Positions 7,422 through 15,482 of a stretch of 24,000 nt of DNA are shown here, one piece after another. The position numbers and the translations under genes were made by a program. Origin of the DNA: an uncultured bacterium (GTDB taxonomy: Bacteria > Bacillota > Clostridia > Oscillospirales > Oscillospiraceae). Each line of letters starts with the position of its first letter. Within the stretch, counting starts at the first letter, position 1. The stretch spans positions 24,744 to 48,743 of the forward strand of contig CATKXO010000007.1 in assembly GCA_949840775.1 (NCBI GenBank). Reading direction: 5' to 3'. The notes under the pieces were generated by a model. It worked only from the letters and a program-made list of their open reading frames with translations. It was not told where the DNA came from and did no database searches.

Positions 7422-10190
7422 TTACTCGATTTCGATGGCGGGAACCACCTTCGCGCATCGGGGGCAGAGGGTGGGATGCTTGGCATCCTGACCCACGGTG
7501 GGCAGCACCTTCCAGCACCGCTCGCACTTCTGGCCCTGGGCGGGCTCCACATCGGCCCGGAAGAGGCCCTTGACCTCGGTCTCCACCTGGGAGACGATGA
7601 GCAGGTCGGCCAGCTCCTCCTGGTCCATCTCGGCCAGGAAGGCGCACTCCTCCCGGATATTGAGCGTGACCTTGGCCTCCAGGCTCTTGCCGATCTTCTT
7701 CTCGGCCCGGGCGGTCTCCAGCTCGCCGTTGACCATGCTGCGAACGTCAATAATGGCGTCCCACCGGTCCATGGCGGCCTGGTCCAGGGCATAGATGGCA
7801 AAAGGGCTGTTCATCTCATTGAGCAGCACGTTCCGTCCGTCGTCGCTGTCCCGGTGGGGCATGGCCAGCCAGATCTCGTCGCAGGTGAAGGCCAGGATGG
7901 GGGCGAAGAGCTTGGTCATGGTGTCCAGGATGAGCCACAGGGCGGTCTGGGCGGAGCGGCGCTTCAAACCATCCTTCTCCTCGCAGTACAGCCTATCCTT
8001 GATGATGTCCAGATAGAAGGAGGACAGCTCCACCACGCAGAAGTCGTTGATGGCGTGGGAGACTACGTGGAACTCATAGTTGTCATAGGCGGCGAAGCAC
8101 TTCTCAATGAGCCCGTTCAGCTTGGTAATGGCCCAGCGGTCCAGCTCCACCATGTCGCTGGGGGCCACCAGATTGTTGGGATCGAAGCCGTCCAGGTTGC
8201 CCAGGCAGTACCGGGCGGTGTTGCGGAATTTCAGATAGTTCTGGGACAGCTGCTTGAAGATGGCGTCGGAGCAGCGCACATCCACGTGGTAATCGGCGGA
8301 GCCCGCCCACAGGCGGATCAGGTCCGCGCCGTACTTCTTAAAGATGTCGGCGGGGTCCACGCCGTTGCCCAGGGACTTGTGCATGGCCTTGCCCTCGCCG
8401 TCCACGGTCCAGCCGTGGGTGACGCACTCCTTAAAGGGAGCCCCCTTGCCCAGGGCGCCCACGGCGGTGAGCAGGGAGGACTGGAACCAACCGCGGTACT
8501 GGTCCAGGCCCTCCATATAGACGGTGGCGGGCCAGAAGCCCTGGTCGTTCTGCATGGAGGCGAAGTGGGTGGAGCCGGAGTCGAACCAGCCGTCCAGGGT
8601 GTCCTCCTCCTTGGTGAAGCCGCTCTTGGAGCCGCAGTGGGGGCAGGCGAAGTCCTTGGGCAGGATGTCCGCCGCCTCGGTCTCATACCAGGCGTTGGAG
8701 CCCTTCTCCCCGAAGAGGGCGGACACAGCGGCGATGGTCTCGTCGGTGCAGATGGGCTTGCCGCAGTCCGAGCAGTAGAACACGGGGATAGGCAGGCCCC
8801 ACCGGCGCTGCCGGGAGATGCACCAGTCGGCCCGCTCCTGGATCATGGACTTCATCCGGTCGATGCCCCAGCCGGGCACCCAGCGCACCTCCTCGCAGGC
8901 GGCCACGGCGGCGTCCTTGAAGGACTCCACCGAGCAGAACCACTGGGGGGTGGCCCGGAAGATGATGGGCTTTTTGCACCGCCAGCAGTGGGGGTAGGAG
9001 TGGACGATGTCCTCGGAGGCGAACAGGGCCCCGCTGGCCTTCATGTCGGCCAGGATGACGGGGTTGCTCTCGTCGGTGCCCATGCCGGCGTACTTGCCGG
9101 CGTAGTCGGTGTGGCGGCCCCGGTCGTCCACGGGCACCACCATCTCGATCTTGTACCGCTTGCAGGTCTCGTAGTCGTCCGCGCCGAAGCCGGGGGCGGT
9201 GTGGACGCAGCCGGTGCCGCTGTCCATGGTGACGTACTCGGCGGTGCAAAGCTGGCTGGTCTTGTCCAGGAAGGGGTGCTGGGCCAGCATATACTCAAAG
9301 TCAGAACCGGTGAAGGTGGCGACGGTCTCATAATTCTCGATGCCGCCCACCTTCATCACCTTGTCCCGGAGGGCCTCGGCCAGGATATACATCTCACCGT
9401 TGTCCGCCTTCACCAGCACGTAGCTGTCCCGGGGGTGGAGGGCGATGGCCAGGTTGCCGGGCAGGGTCCAAATGGTGGTGGTCCAGATGAGGAAGTACAT
9501 CTTGGACACGTCGCCGTACTGCCCCAGCTTGCCCAGGTCGTCCTTCACCTGGAACTTCACGTAGACGGTGGTGACCGGGTCGTCCTGGTATTCGATCTCC
9601 GCCTCGGCCAGGGCGGTCTCGTCGTGGGGGCACCAGTACACCGGCTTCAGGCCCTTGTAGATATAGCCGTTCTTGTACATGGCCCCGAAAATCTTCACCT
9701 CCTCGGCCTCGAAGCCGGGGGACATGGTGAGGTAGGGGTTCTCCCAGTCGCCGATGACCCCCATCCGCTTAAAGCCGTCCCGCTGCACGTCCACATAGTG
9801 CTGGGCGAACTCGTGGCAGGCGGTGCGGAACTCGGGGACGGACATGGCCTTGCGGTTGAGCTTGTTCTGCTTGATGATGGCGCTCTCAATGGGCATGCCG
9901 TGGTTGTCCCAGCCGGGGATGTAGGGGGTGAGATAGCCCCGCATGGCGGCGGTGCGGGTCATAAAGTCCTTGATGGACTTGTTCAGGGCGTGGCCCATGT
10001 GGAGCGCGCCGTTGGAGAAGGGAGGGCCGTCGTGGAGGGAGTACAGGGGCTTGCCCTCGTTCTTTTTCAGCAGCTCGTGGTAGAGGTCCATGTCCTCCCA
10101 GCGCTTGAGCATGTCGGGCTCCCGGGCGGGCAGCCCCGCCCGCATGGGAAAGTCGGTTTTCGGCAGGTTAATCGTCTTGTTGTAGTCCAT
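7422..10190 (-). CDS. ileS: Isoleucyl-tRNA synthetase
   Basis: 922 aa. 'DGPPFSNGALHMGHALNKSIKD' (HIGH-type signature), 'PGWDNHGMPIE', 'KAMHKSLGNGVDP' (KMSKS-type), C-terminal zinc finger 'CERCWKVLP...CPRC'. Confidence 0.97.
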   Translation of the reverse strand: MDYNKTINLPKTDFPMRAGLPAREPDMLKRWEDMDLYHELLKKNEGKPLYSLHDGPPFSNGALHMGHALNKSIKDFMTRTAAMRGYLTPYIPGWDNHGMPIESAIIKQNKLNRKAMSVPEFRTACHEFAQHYVDVQRDGFKRMGVIGDWENPYLTMSPGFEAEEVKIFGAMYKNGYIYKGLKPVYWCPHDETALAEAEIEYQDDPVTTVYVKFQVKDDLGKLGQYGDVSKMYFLIWTTTIWTLPGNLAIALHPRDSYVLVKADNGEMYILAEALRDKVMKVGGIENYETVATFTGSDFEYMLAQHPFLDKTSQLCTAEYVTMDSGTGCVHTAPGFGADDYETCKRYKIEMVVPVDDRGRHTDYAGKYAGMGTDESNPVILADMKASGALFASEDIVHSYPHCWRCKKPIIFRATPQWFCSVESFKDAAVAACEEVRWVPGWGIDRMKSMIQERADWCISRQRRWGLPIPVFYCSDCGKPICTDETIAAVSALFGEKGSNAWYETEAADILPKDFACPHCGSKSGFTKEEDTLDGWFDSGSTHFASMQNDQGFWPATVYMEGLDQYRGWFQSSLLTAVGALGKGAPFKECVTHGWTVDGEGKAMHKSLGNGVDPADIFKKYGADLIRLWAGSADYHVDVRCSDAIFKQLSQNYLKFRNTARYCLGNLDGFDPNNLVAPSDMVELDRWAITKLNGLIEKCFAAYDNYEFHVVSHAINDFCVVELSSFYLDIIKDRLYCEEKDGLKRRSAQTALWLILDTMTKLFAPILAFTCDEIWLAMPHRDSDDGRNVLLNEMNSPFAIYALDQAAMDRWDAIIDVRSMVNGELETARAEKKIGKSLEAKVTLNIREECAFLAEMDQEELADLLIVSQVETEVKGLFRADVEPAQGQKCERCWKVLPTVGQDAKHPTLCPRCAKVVPAIEIE

Positions 10191-10692
10191 TTTTACAGTA
10201 CTCCTTCATTGTAATTTTATATAATGTTTTCATTTGTTCAAGAGATGGGTTAAAATGTCCAATAATAGGAATGTTTGTGATATGCTTACAATTTGGATAG
10301 GCAGAACAGCTTAAAAATGGTCCGTACCTTCCTTGCTTAAGAATCAAAGATGCTCCACATTCAGGACAGTTTTTTCCTAAATGAATATTTTCAGGTCTAT
10401 ACTCAGGTTTGGAGGATAACTTAACATATTCAAGGGAAGTATGACCGAAAAAACATATTCCGCCATCAGTATCAGCTTTCATAATTTTGCAATAGGCGTG
10501 ATTTATAAAAACTCGATAGTTTTTTAAATCATCAATGCCCAAATAGCAAAGATAATCAGAAATTAAAATGCCAAAAACAGTTGGAGAACGCCCTTTTGTA
10601 GATAAGTATTCTCCTGGAAATAACTCTTTAAGTTCTGCGCCAGTAACATAGCGTTCCTCATAGCCATTATAAACAGGACGCTTATCTTGCAT
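10168..10692 (-). CDS. Protein with C-terminal topoisomerase-type zinc ribbon (174 aa), lower GC
   Basis: 'CPECGASLILKQGRYGPFLSCSAYPNCKH' matches the topoisomerase zinc-finger pattern. True start is ATG 10692 with RBS aaggaaggggg; the listed 10809 start runs into the T-box leader. The 3' end overlaps the ileS start. Confidence 0.75.
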   Translation of the reverse strand: MQDKRPVYNGYEERYVTGAELKELFPGEYLSTKGRSPTVFGILISDYLCYLGIDDLKNYRVFINHAYCKIMKADTDGGICFFGHTSLEYVKLSSKPEYRPENIHLGKNCPECGASLILKQGRYGPFLSCSAYPNCKHITNIPIIGHFNPSLEQMKTLYKITMKEYCKNGLQQDD

Positions 10693-10721
10693 AATAATAC
10701 CCCCTTCCTTTGACACATAAC

Positions 10722-10972
10722 AAAAACGCCCCCGTCCCATAAAGAGACAAAGGCGTAAACCTCTGCGGTACCACTCTTCTTGCCGGGGCATAAATCCTCG
10801 GCCGCTCAAAAGCTGCCCGGTAACGGGGGCGTCCGGAGGGGCCTACTGCGATTCAGCCCTCAGCTCCAAGGTGATCTTCGCCGCTCCCTCCCGTCCGCCT
10901 TTCACCAAACGGCGGCTCTCTTTGCGTCTTGGGGGCGGGTACTCGTCCTTTTCCGCGCATTTTGCATGTGTG
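10722..10972 (-). ncRNA. T-box leader (tRNA-Ile specific, specifier AUC predicted)
   Basis: Minus strand: 'AGAGAGCCGCCGTTTGGTGAAAGGCGG' (Stem I distal-type sequence), 'GAAG-ATC-ACCTTGGAGCTG' (specifier at 10875-10873), and T-box 'AAGAGTGGTACCGCAGAGG' (about 10778-10761). It is followed by terminator 'ACGCCTTTGTCTC-tttat-GGGACGGGGGCGTTTTT' (10756-10722). Confidence 0.85.
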
Positions 10973-10978
10973 TTTCGT

Positions 10979-11007
10979 ATTCTATCCGGTTTTTGCGGGG
11001 TTGTCAA
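10979..11007 (-). promoter_or_regulatory. SigmaA-type promoter of the T-box leader, inside the rluD 3' end
   Basis: TTGACA (11007-11002), 17-nt spacer, TAGAAT (10984-10979). The rluD stop codon TAG is the first half of the -10. Confidence 0.75.
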
Positions 11008-11932
11008 GGGGTGTTTTTGCCAATGACCGCCCAATTTTCCGCAATATTTCCTCAAACCACTGGGGCAAAGGGCACTCCAGCTCCACCAGCTCCCCGGAGG
11101 CGGGGTGGACAAACCGCAGCCGCCGGGCGTGAAGGCACTGTCCCGCCAGGCCGGGGACGGGCTTTTTGCTGCCGTAGACGGTATCCCCCAGCAGGGGGTG
11201 GCCCAGGGAGGCCAGGTGGACCCGAATCTGGTGGGTGCGGCCTGTCTCCAGGCGGCACTCCACATGGGTGTACCCGGGGTACCGGGCCAGGACGGACCAG
11301 TGGGTCACCGCCTCCCGGCCGTTTTTACGGTCCACGGCCATCTTTTTCCGGTCCACCGGGTGCCGTCCGATGGGGGCGTTCACGGTGCCGCTGTCCTCTT
11401 TCAGGTTCCCCACCGCCACCGCCTCATAGGTCCGGGCCAGGGAGTGGTCCTGGAGCTGGGCGGCCAGGGCCAGGTGGGCCCGGTCGTTCTTGGCGGCGAT
11501 GATGAGCCCGGAGGTGTCCCGGTCGATGCGGTGGACGATGCCGGGGCGCAGCTCTCCGTTGATTCCAGACAGTGAACTTCCACAGTGATATAACAGGGCG
11601 TTGACCAAAGTTCCGTCCGGGTGGCCCGGCGCGGGGTGGACCACCAGCCCCACCGGCTTGTTGACCACAATCACGTCTTCGTCCTCATAGACCACGTCCA
11701 GGGGGATGTTCTGGGGGACCACGTCAATGGGCTCCGGATCGGGGAGGACCGCCTCCAGCACCTTACCGGGGACGGGCCGGTCGTTTTTCCGCACCGGCTT
11801 GCCCTCCAGTGTCACCGCTCCCCGCTCCAGCAGCTTCTGGGCTCCGGAGCGGGTCAGGCCGGGCACCAGCCGGGCCAGCAGGGCGTCGGCCCGCTCCCCC
11901 TCCCGGTCAGCCCTCAGCGTCAGCGCTGTCAT
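10982..11932 (-). CDS. rluD: RluA-family pseudouridine synthase (RluD-like)
   Basis: N-terminal S4 domain; 'VVNKPVGLVVHPAPGH', 'GIVHRIDRDTSGLII' and 'GRTHQIRVHLASLGHPLLGDTVYG'. Confidence 0.93.
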   Translation of the reverse strand: MTALTLRADREGERADALLARLVPGLTRSGAQKLLERGAVTLEGKPVRKNDRPVPGKVLEAVLPDPEPIDVVPQNIPLDVVYEDEDVIVVNKPVGLVVHPAPGHPDGTLVNALLYHCGSSLSGINGELRPGIVHRIDRDTSGLIIAAKNDRAHLALAAQLQDHSLARTYEAVAVGNLKEDSGTVNAPIGRHPVDRKKMAVDRKNGREAVTHWSVLARYPGYTHVECRLETGRTHQIRVHLASLGHPLLGDTVYGSKKPVPGLAGQCLHARRLRFVHPASGELVELECPLPQWFEEILRKIGRSLAKTPLDNPAKTG

Positions 11933-12398
11933 GGCCGATCTCCTCGTGGGGCTCCAGCTTGTCCATCAGGAACAGGTAGTACAGCCCGGCGGCGATGCCC
12001 CCCACCACCACGCAGATGTCCGCCACGTTGAACACCGCGAAGCGCATAAACAGAACGTTAAACATGTCCACCACAAAGCCCCGAAGGGCCCGGTCGATGA
12101 GGTTGCCCACCGCCCCCGCCAGCAGCAGCGTGAGGGTGAGCTTGCCCAGGGGGTGCCGGAACAGGTTGAGCCACAGGGCCGCCGCCAGCGCCAGGGACAT
12201 GAGCAGCGACACCAGGGCCAGGGCCCAGGTGTGGTCCGAGAAGATGGAGAAGGCCGCCCCGGTGTTGGTCACATAGGTCAGGTCCAGGATGTAGGGGATA
12301 AAGGGGACGTGCTCCCCCAGGGGGATGTTGGTCATCACCAGATATTTGACGATCTGGTCCACGGCCACCAGGACCGCAGCGATGAGTGCGTAAATCAT
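11907..12398 (-). CDS. lspA: Signal peptidase II (lipoprotein signal peptidase)
   Basis: 'VAVDQIVKYLV', 'NTGAAFSIF', 'GNLIDRALRGFVVDMF' and 'FAVFNVADICVVVG' with the two catalytic Asp blocks. Overlaps rluD. Confidence 0.95.
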   Translation of the reverse strand: MIYALIAAVLVAVDQIVKYLVMTNIPLGEHVPFIPYILDLTYVTNTGAAFSIFSDHTWALALVSLLMSLALAAALWLNLFRHPLGKLTLTLLLAGAVGNLIDRALRGFVVDMFNVLFMRFAVFNVADICVVVGGIAAGLYYLFLMDKLEPHEEIGHDSADAEG

Positions 12399-12423
12399 GG
12401 AAAATTTCCTCCATTAAAGGGCA

Positions 12424-12566
12424 GGGGCCGCATTTCTGCGGCCCCTTTCATAAGGTCAGCGCTTTGGCAGGCGTACCAGGCTCCTGCGTCTCTCGGGTTT
12501 CCCCTGTCCATGCCATCGGCGTGTGGTCGGTACGAAATCTACCACCTCAAAGCGCCAGCTTATCCT
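12424..12566 (-). ncRNA. Candidate structured RNA / 5' leader upstream of lspA (family not identified)
   Basis: Nested complementary segments on the minus strand: GCGCTTTG (12555-12548) with CAAAGCGC (12466-12459); CGTACC (12534-12529) with GGTACG (12477-12472); ATAAG (12563-12559) with CTTAT (12454-12450). A separate 9-bp GGGGCCGCA/TGCGGCCCC hairpin lies at 12445-12424. Promoter-like sequence sits just upstream. Confidence 0.4.
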
Positions 12567-12572
12567 ACTCTC

Positions 12573-12601
12573 AGTATAGCCGTATTATTCAGATTTGTAA
12601 A
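12573..12601 (-). promoter_or_regulatory. SigmaA-type promoter for the lspA leader
   Basis: TTTACA (12601-12596), 17-nt spacer, TATACT (12578-12573). Confidence 0.65.
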
Positions 12602-12962
12602 GAATTTTTTTGTTGTGCAGCAGGCGGTTCCATTCCTTTTCCCGAATTTTCATAAAAGTAATCACAGAATTTTTATAGTTTGGATTATCTGACGGCGTGA
12701 CCAGGCGAAGGGCCAGCCGAAAATGCTCATTTTGCTCCGACACCTTTTTCAAAACGACTGCCGTATTGGGACGGGCATCGGCAATGATGTAATCGGGGTT
12801 CAATATAATTTCAGGAATGTAAGCGCAAAATTTCTCATAATCCTTTGGGTGATGTAATTTTATGTGTTCAATCCGTTCCTCTGTGATGATAACTTCTCTG
12901 GTCTGGATGTCCATTGAAACACATTGATAAATACCAAATTCCAAATCGCACAGTTTAATCAT
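12585..12962 (-). CDS. Small protein resembling PBECR/BECR-fold (RelE/barnase-like) nuclease domains, lower GC
   Basis: 'IITEERIEHIKLHHPKDYEKFCAYIPEIILNPDYIIADARPNTAVVLKKV...LALRLVTPSDNPNYKNSVITFMKIREKEWNRLL' resembles PBECR-type domains. Motif-level recognition only. Confidence 0.55.
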   Translation of the reverse strand: MIKLCDLEFGIYQCVSMDIQTREVIITEERIEHIKLHHPKDYEKFCAYIPEIILNPDYIIADARPNTAVVLKKVSEQNEHFRLALRLVTPSDNPNYKNSVITFMKIREKEWNRLLHNKKILYKSE

Positions 12963-12974
12963 AGGTCCGATTCC

Positions 12975-13979
12975 TCACAGCCGGTTTTTCCTCACCAGCC
13001 GGATATCCTCCCCGAAAAACTCCAGGAACTCGTACTCTCCCTTCAGGCGGGATACGATGGGGGGATCGTAACGTTGCTCCAGCTCCTCCAGGGACAGGTT
13101 GGTGGAAACAACGGTCTGCTTGTCCGCGACCAACCTGGCATTCACCAGTTCGTACAGGGAGGACTGGGTCAGACGGGTGGTCATCTCCCGGCCCAGGTCG
13201 TCCAGGATGAGCAGGTCGCAGCTGAGGTAGCGCCGGGTCTCGTCCCAGGCGTCCAGGCCGTCGGCGCTGTCCCGGTGGAACTTGCGGGCCTCGAACTGGT
13301 TAAAGATGTTCACTGCGGTGTCGTAGACCACAGAGAAGCCGTTTTCCGACACAGTGCGGGCGATGCAGGCAGAAAGGAAGGTCTTGCCCAGCCCCGGCGG
13401 CCCGGAGAGGAGCAGATTTTTGGTGGAGATGCGGCCGAATTTGTGGGCATAGTTCCAGCACACATTGCTGTTCATGACCATATGCTCCCGGGGCGATATC
13501 CCATGCCGGGGGTCGAAGGCCTGACTGTAGTAATCCGTGGAAAAGGTATCGAAGGACTGCTCCCCCAGGTCCAGCAGCTTGGAAAGTTCTTTGATCTGCT
13601 CCTGGGCGCACAGCTCTTTCAGGCAGCGGCACATGCTCGCCCCTTGCCAGCCGGTATCCCGGCACAGGGGACAGGCGGGCTTGTCGTCCAGGGCGTCCTC
13701 GGGCAGGCCCATGGCCCCCAGGAGGACGGCCCGCTCCCGCTGGAGGTTCTGGTTCTCCTCCCGGACCGCGCGGACGGCGGCCGCCGGGTCCTCTCCCTTG
13801 CGGAGGGCGGCGGCCACCAGGCCGGCCATGGTGCCCTGGATGCGGCGGTCCAGCTGCTCCAGCCTGGGCTGGCGGGCGTAGGCATCCTGACGCAGATGCT
13901 CGATCTGGTCCCGGCGGCGGCGGTTCTGGTCCTCCAGCCGCTGGGTGGCCCGGCGCAGTACGTTGGCGTCGTATGGCAT
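12975..13979 (-). CDS. dnaC: DnaC/DnaI-like ATP-binding replication protein
   Basis: 'CPLCRDTGW...CRC' zinc-binding segment, Walker A 'LLLSGPPGLGKTFLSACIA', Walker B 'CDLLILDDLGRE', and 'TVVSTNLSLEEL'. Confidence 0.88.
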   Translation of the reverse strand: MPYDANVLRRATQRLEDQNRRRRDQIEHLRQDAYARQPRLEQLDRRIQGTMAGLVAAALRKGEDPAAAVRAVREENQNLQRERAVLLGAMGLPEDALDDKPACPLCRDTGWQGASMCRCLKELCAQEQIKELSKLLDLGEQSFDTFSTDYYSQAFDPRHGISPREHMVMNSNVCWNYAHKFGRISTKNLLLSGPPGLGKTFLSACIARTVSENGFSVVYDTAVNIFNQFEARKFHRDSADGLDAWDETRRYLSCDLLILDDLGREMTTRLTQSSLYELVNARLVADKQTVVSTNLSLEELEQRYDPPIVSRLKGEYEFLEFFGEDIRLVRKNRL

Positions 13980-13980
13980 A

Positions 13981-14928
13981 TCAGTTTCCCTCCTGTTTCA
14001 TCTGTTCCATCAGGCGGCGGGTGCGCTCCACGTTTTCCCTGGCCCGGCGCTCCTGCTCGGCGGGGGGCGGAGCGGCCTGCTGCCCTCCCGCCCGGACAGG
14101 ACGGGGGTCCCGGTCTCCCGTCCGGACGGCGGCGGCAGTGTGCAGCCCCTTGTCGTGCCAGCGGCGGAGGATACCGTTCATATAGCCCCAGTCCATCGAC
14201 TGTTTTTTCAGCACCGTCCGCTCATAGGCCATGCGGATGGCCTCGTCCTCAAAGCCCATCCCGTCCCAGGCGGCGATGTAGTCCTTCTCCCGCTGGACCA
14301 GGGGCCGGGGAGAGATGTCCAGCAGACGGAGCACCTCCGCCTCCCGGCTCCGCAGGCGGGTGAGCATTTGGATGTGCTCCTCCGCCCGCTCCATGGTGTC
14401 AATCCCCCGGCGGGCCCAGACAAAACCCTCCTTCCGGATCTGAGACAAAAAGGGTTTTCGCCCCGGCCCGTACTTCCGGGCGGTCTCCTCGATGCACCAG
14501 CCTGTCAGCATCAGGACAACCTCGGCGGGGAGGGCCAGGTGGTCGTATAAGGTATAGAGGCTTTTCAGGTCGGCGGCGGACAGCCGCTTGCCCAGCCGCC
14601 GCTCCACCTCGCCCACTAGGGCGGGGAAGGTGGAGTGCTCCTCCTCCAGGGCCTGGGTGATGTCCTCGGTGGAATACTCCGGGGGAGGGGCCTCCTGAAC
14701 GGGGGGCTGGGCCGGGGCGGGCAGCTCACTGGGGGCCAGCCCCTGGGACCGCAGGCGGTCCAGGGCGCTTTGCAGGCGGGCCTCCGTCCACTTCAGACTG
14801 TCTGCCTCGCCGTGGCGCAGCAGTTGAAGGTAGAGCAGGGCGGCGTCGCCGCTGTCCAGCTTTAAAAGCCGGTCCGCCGCCTGGGCGGTAATGGCCAGCA
14901 CCTGGCCGGGAAGAAATACCTGGGACAC
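13981..14928 (-). CDS. DnaD-domain primosome protein
   Basis: Helical protein containing 'LSAADLKSLYTLYDHLALPAEVVLMLTGWCIEE' and 'WGYMNGILRRWHDKGLHT' (DnaD-like). Adjacent to the dnaC-like gene. Confidence 0.8.
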   Translation of the reverse strand: MSQVFLPGQVLAITAQAADRLLKLDSGDAALLYLQLLRHGEADSLKWTEARLQSALDRLRSQGLAPSELPAPAQPPVQEAPPPEYSTEDITQALEEEHSTFPALVGEVERRLGKRLSAADLKSLYTLYDHLALPAEVVLMLTGWCIEETARKYGPGRKPFLSQIRKEGFVWARRGIDTMERAEEHIQMLTRLRSREAEVLRLLDISPRPLVQREKDYIAAWDGMGFEDEAIRMAYERTVLKKQSMDWGYMNGILRRWHDKGLHTAAAVRTGDRDPRPVRAGGQQAAPPPAEQERRARENVERTRRLMEQMKQEGN

Positions 14929-15086
14929 GGGCGCCCCCTCCTCTCTTTAAAAAGCTTGCCCTCTATTCTACAACAAAATCTCTCCCGCGTCCACAATAAT
15001 TACTGGGAATTGAATCATTGCGCGGATTGGACACAAAAATTAAAAATAATAAAAATAATTTTATGTTCAAACCCGCCTGGCTGTGA

Positions 15087-15092
15087 TATAAT
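15087..15092 (+). promoter_or_regulatory. Likely -10 element (TATAAT) for the zapA operon
   Basis: TGATATAAT 60 nt upstream of zapA. The -35 (TGTTCA) is poor. Confidence 0.35.
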
Positions 15093-15152
15093 GAATCATA
15101 TCTATAAAAACTGGGAGCATGTGCCCAGAAAAGCAGCGGGGAGGAAGGAAAT

Positions 15153-15467
15153 ATGAGAAATAAAGTAGTAGTCACCATCGGCGGAAAGGACTACACCATG
15201 GTGGCGGCGGAGGACGAGGGCTATGTCCGCAAATGCGCCGCGCTGGTGGACAAGCATTTGGGCGAGATACTGACCGGAGGCAAGCTGTCTCAGGCGGACG
15301 CGGCGGTGCTGGCCGCCATGAACATCGCCGACCTGCTGTTTAAAGAGCAGGAGGCGGCGGAAAACCTGCGCCGCCAGGTGAAGGAGAACCTGGAGGAGGC
15401 CAACTCCCTGAAACTGGAGCTGTCCGAGGCCAAGCGGGAGATTTTCAAGCTGGGGACCAGAAAATAA
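15153..15467 (+). CDS. zapA: Cell division protein ZapA
   Basis: 'KVVVTIGGKDYTMVAAEDEGYVRKCAALVDKHL...SQADAAVLAAMNIADLLFK' followed by a coiled-coil tail. Strong RBS. Confidence 0.88.
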   Translation: MRNKVVVTIGGKDYTMVAAEDEGYVRKCAALVDKHLGEILTGGKLSQADAAVLAAMNIADLLFKEQEAAENLRRQVKENLEEANSLKLELSEAKREIFKLGTRK

Positions 15468-15482
15468 CGGGAGGTCTTGCCC

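Noticed and set aside
7401-10214. 937-aa plus-strand ORF opposite ileS
   Set aside because: Exactly antisense to a full-length, motif-complete ileS. It is a product of high-GC third codon positions and has low-complexity, family-less sequence.
10693-10809. N-terminal extension of the zinc-ribbon ORF
   Set aside because: Encoded by T-box and terminator sequence. The RBS-preceded ATG at 10692 is the credible start.
10780-11502. 240-aa plus-strand ORF over the T-box and rluD
   Set aside because: Lies over the T-box leader and antisense to rluD. Low-complexity, no family signal.
12924-14363. 479-aa plus-strand ORF opposite dnaC/dnaD
   Set aside because: Antisense to motif-supported genes. No recognisable domain or RBS.
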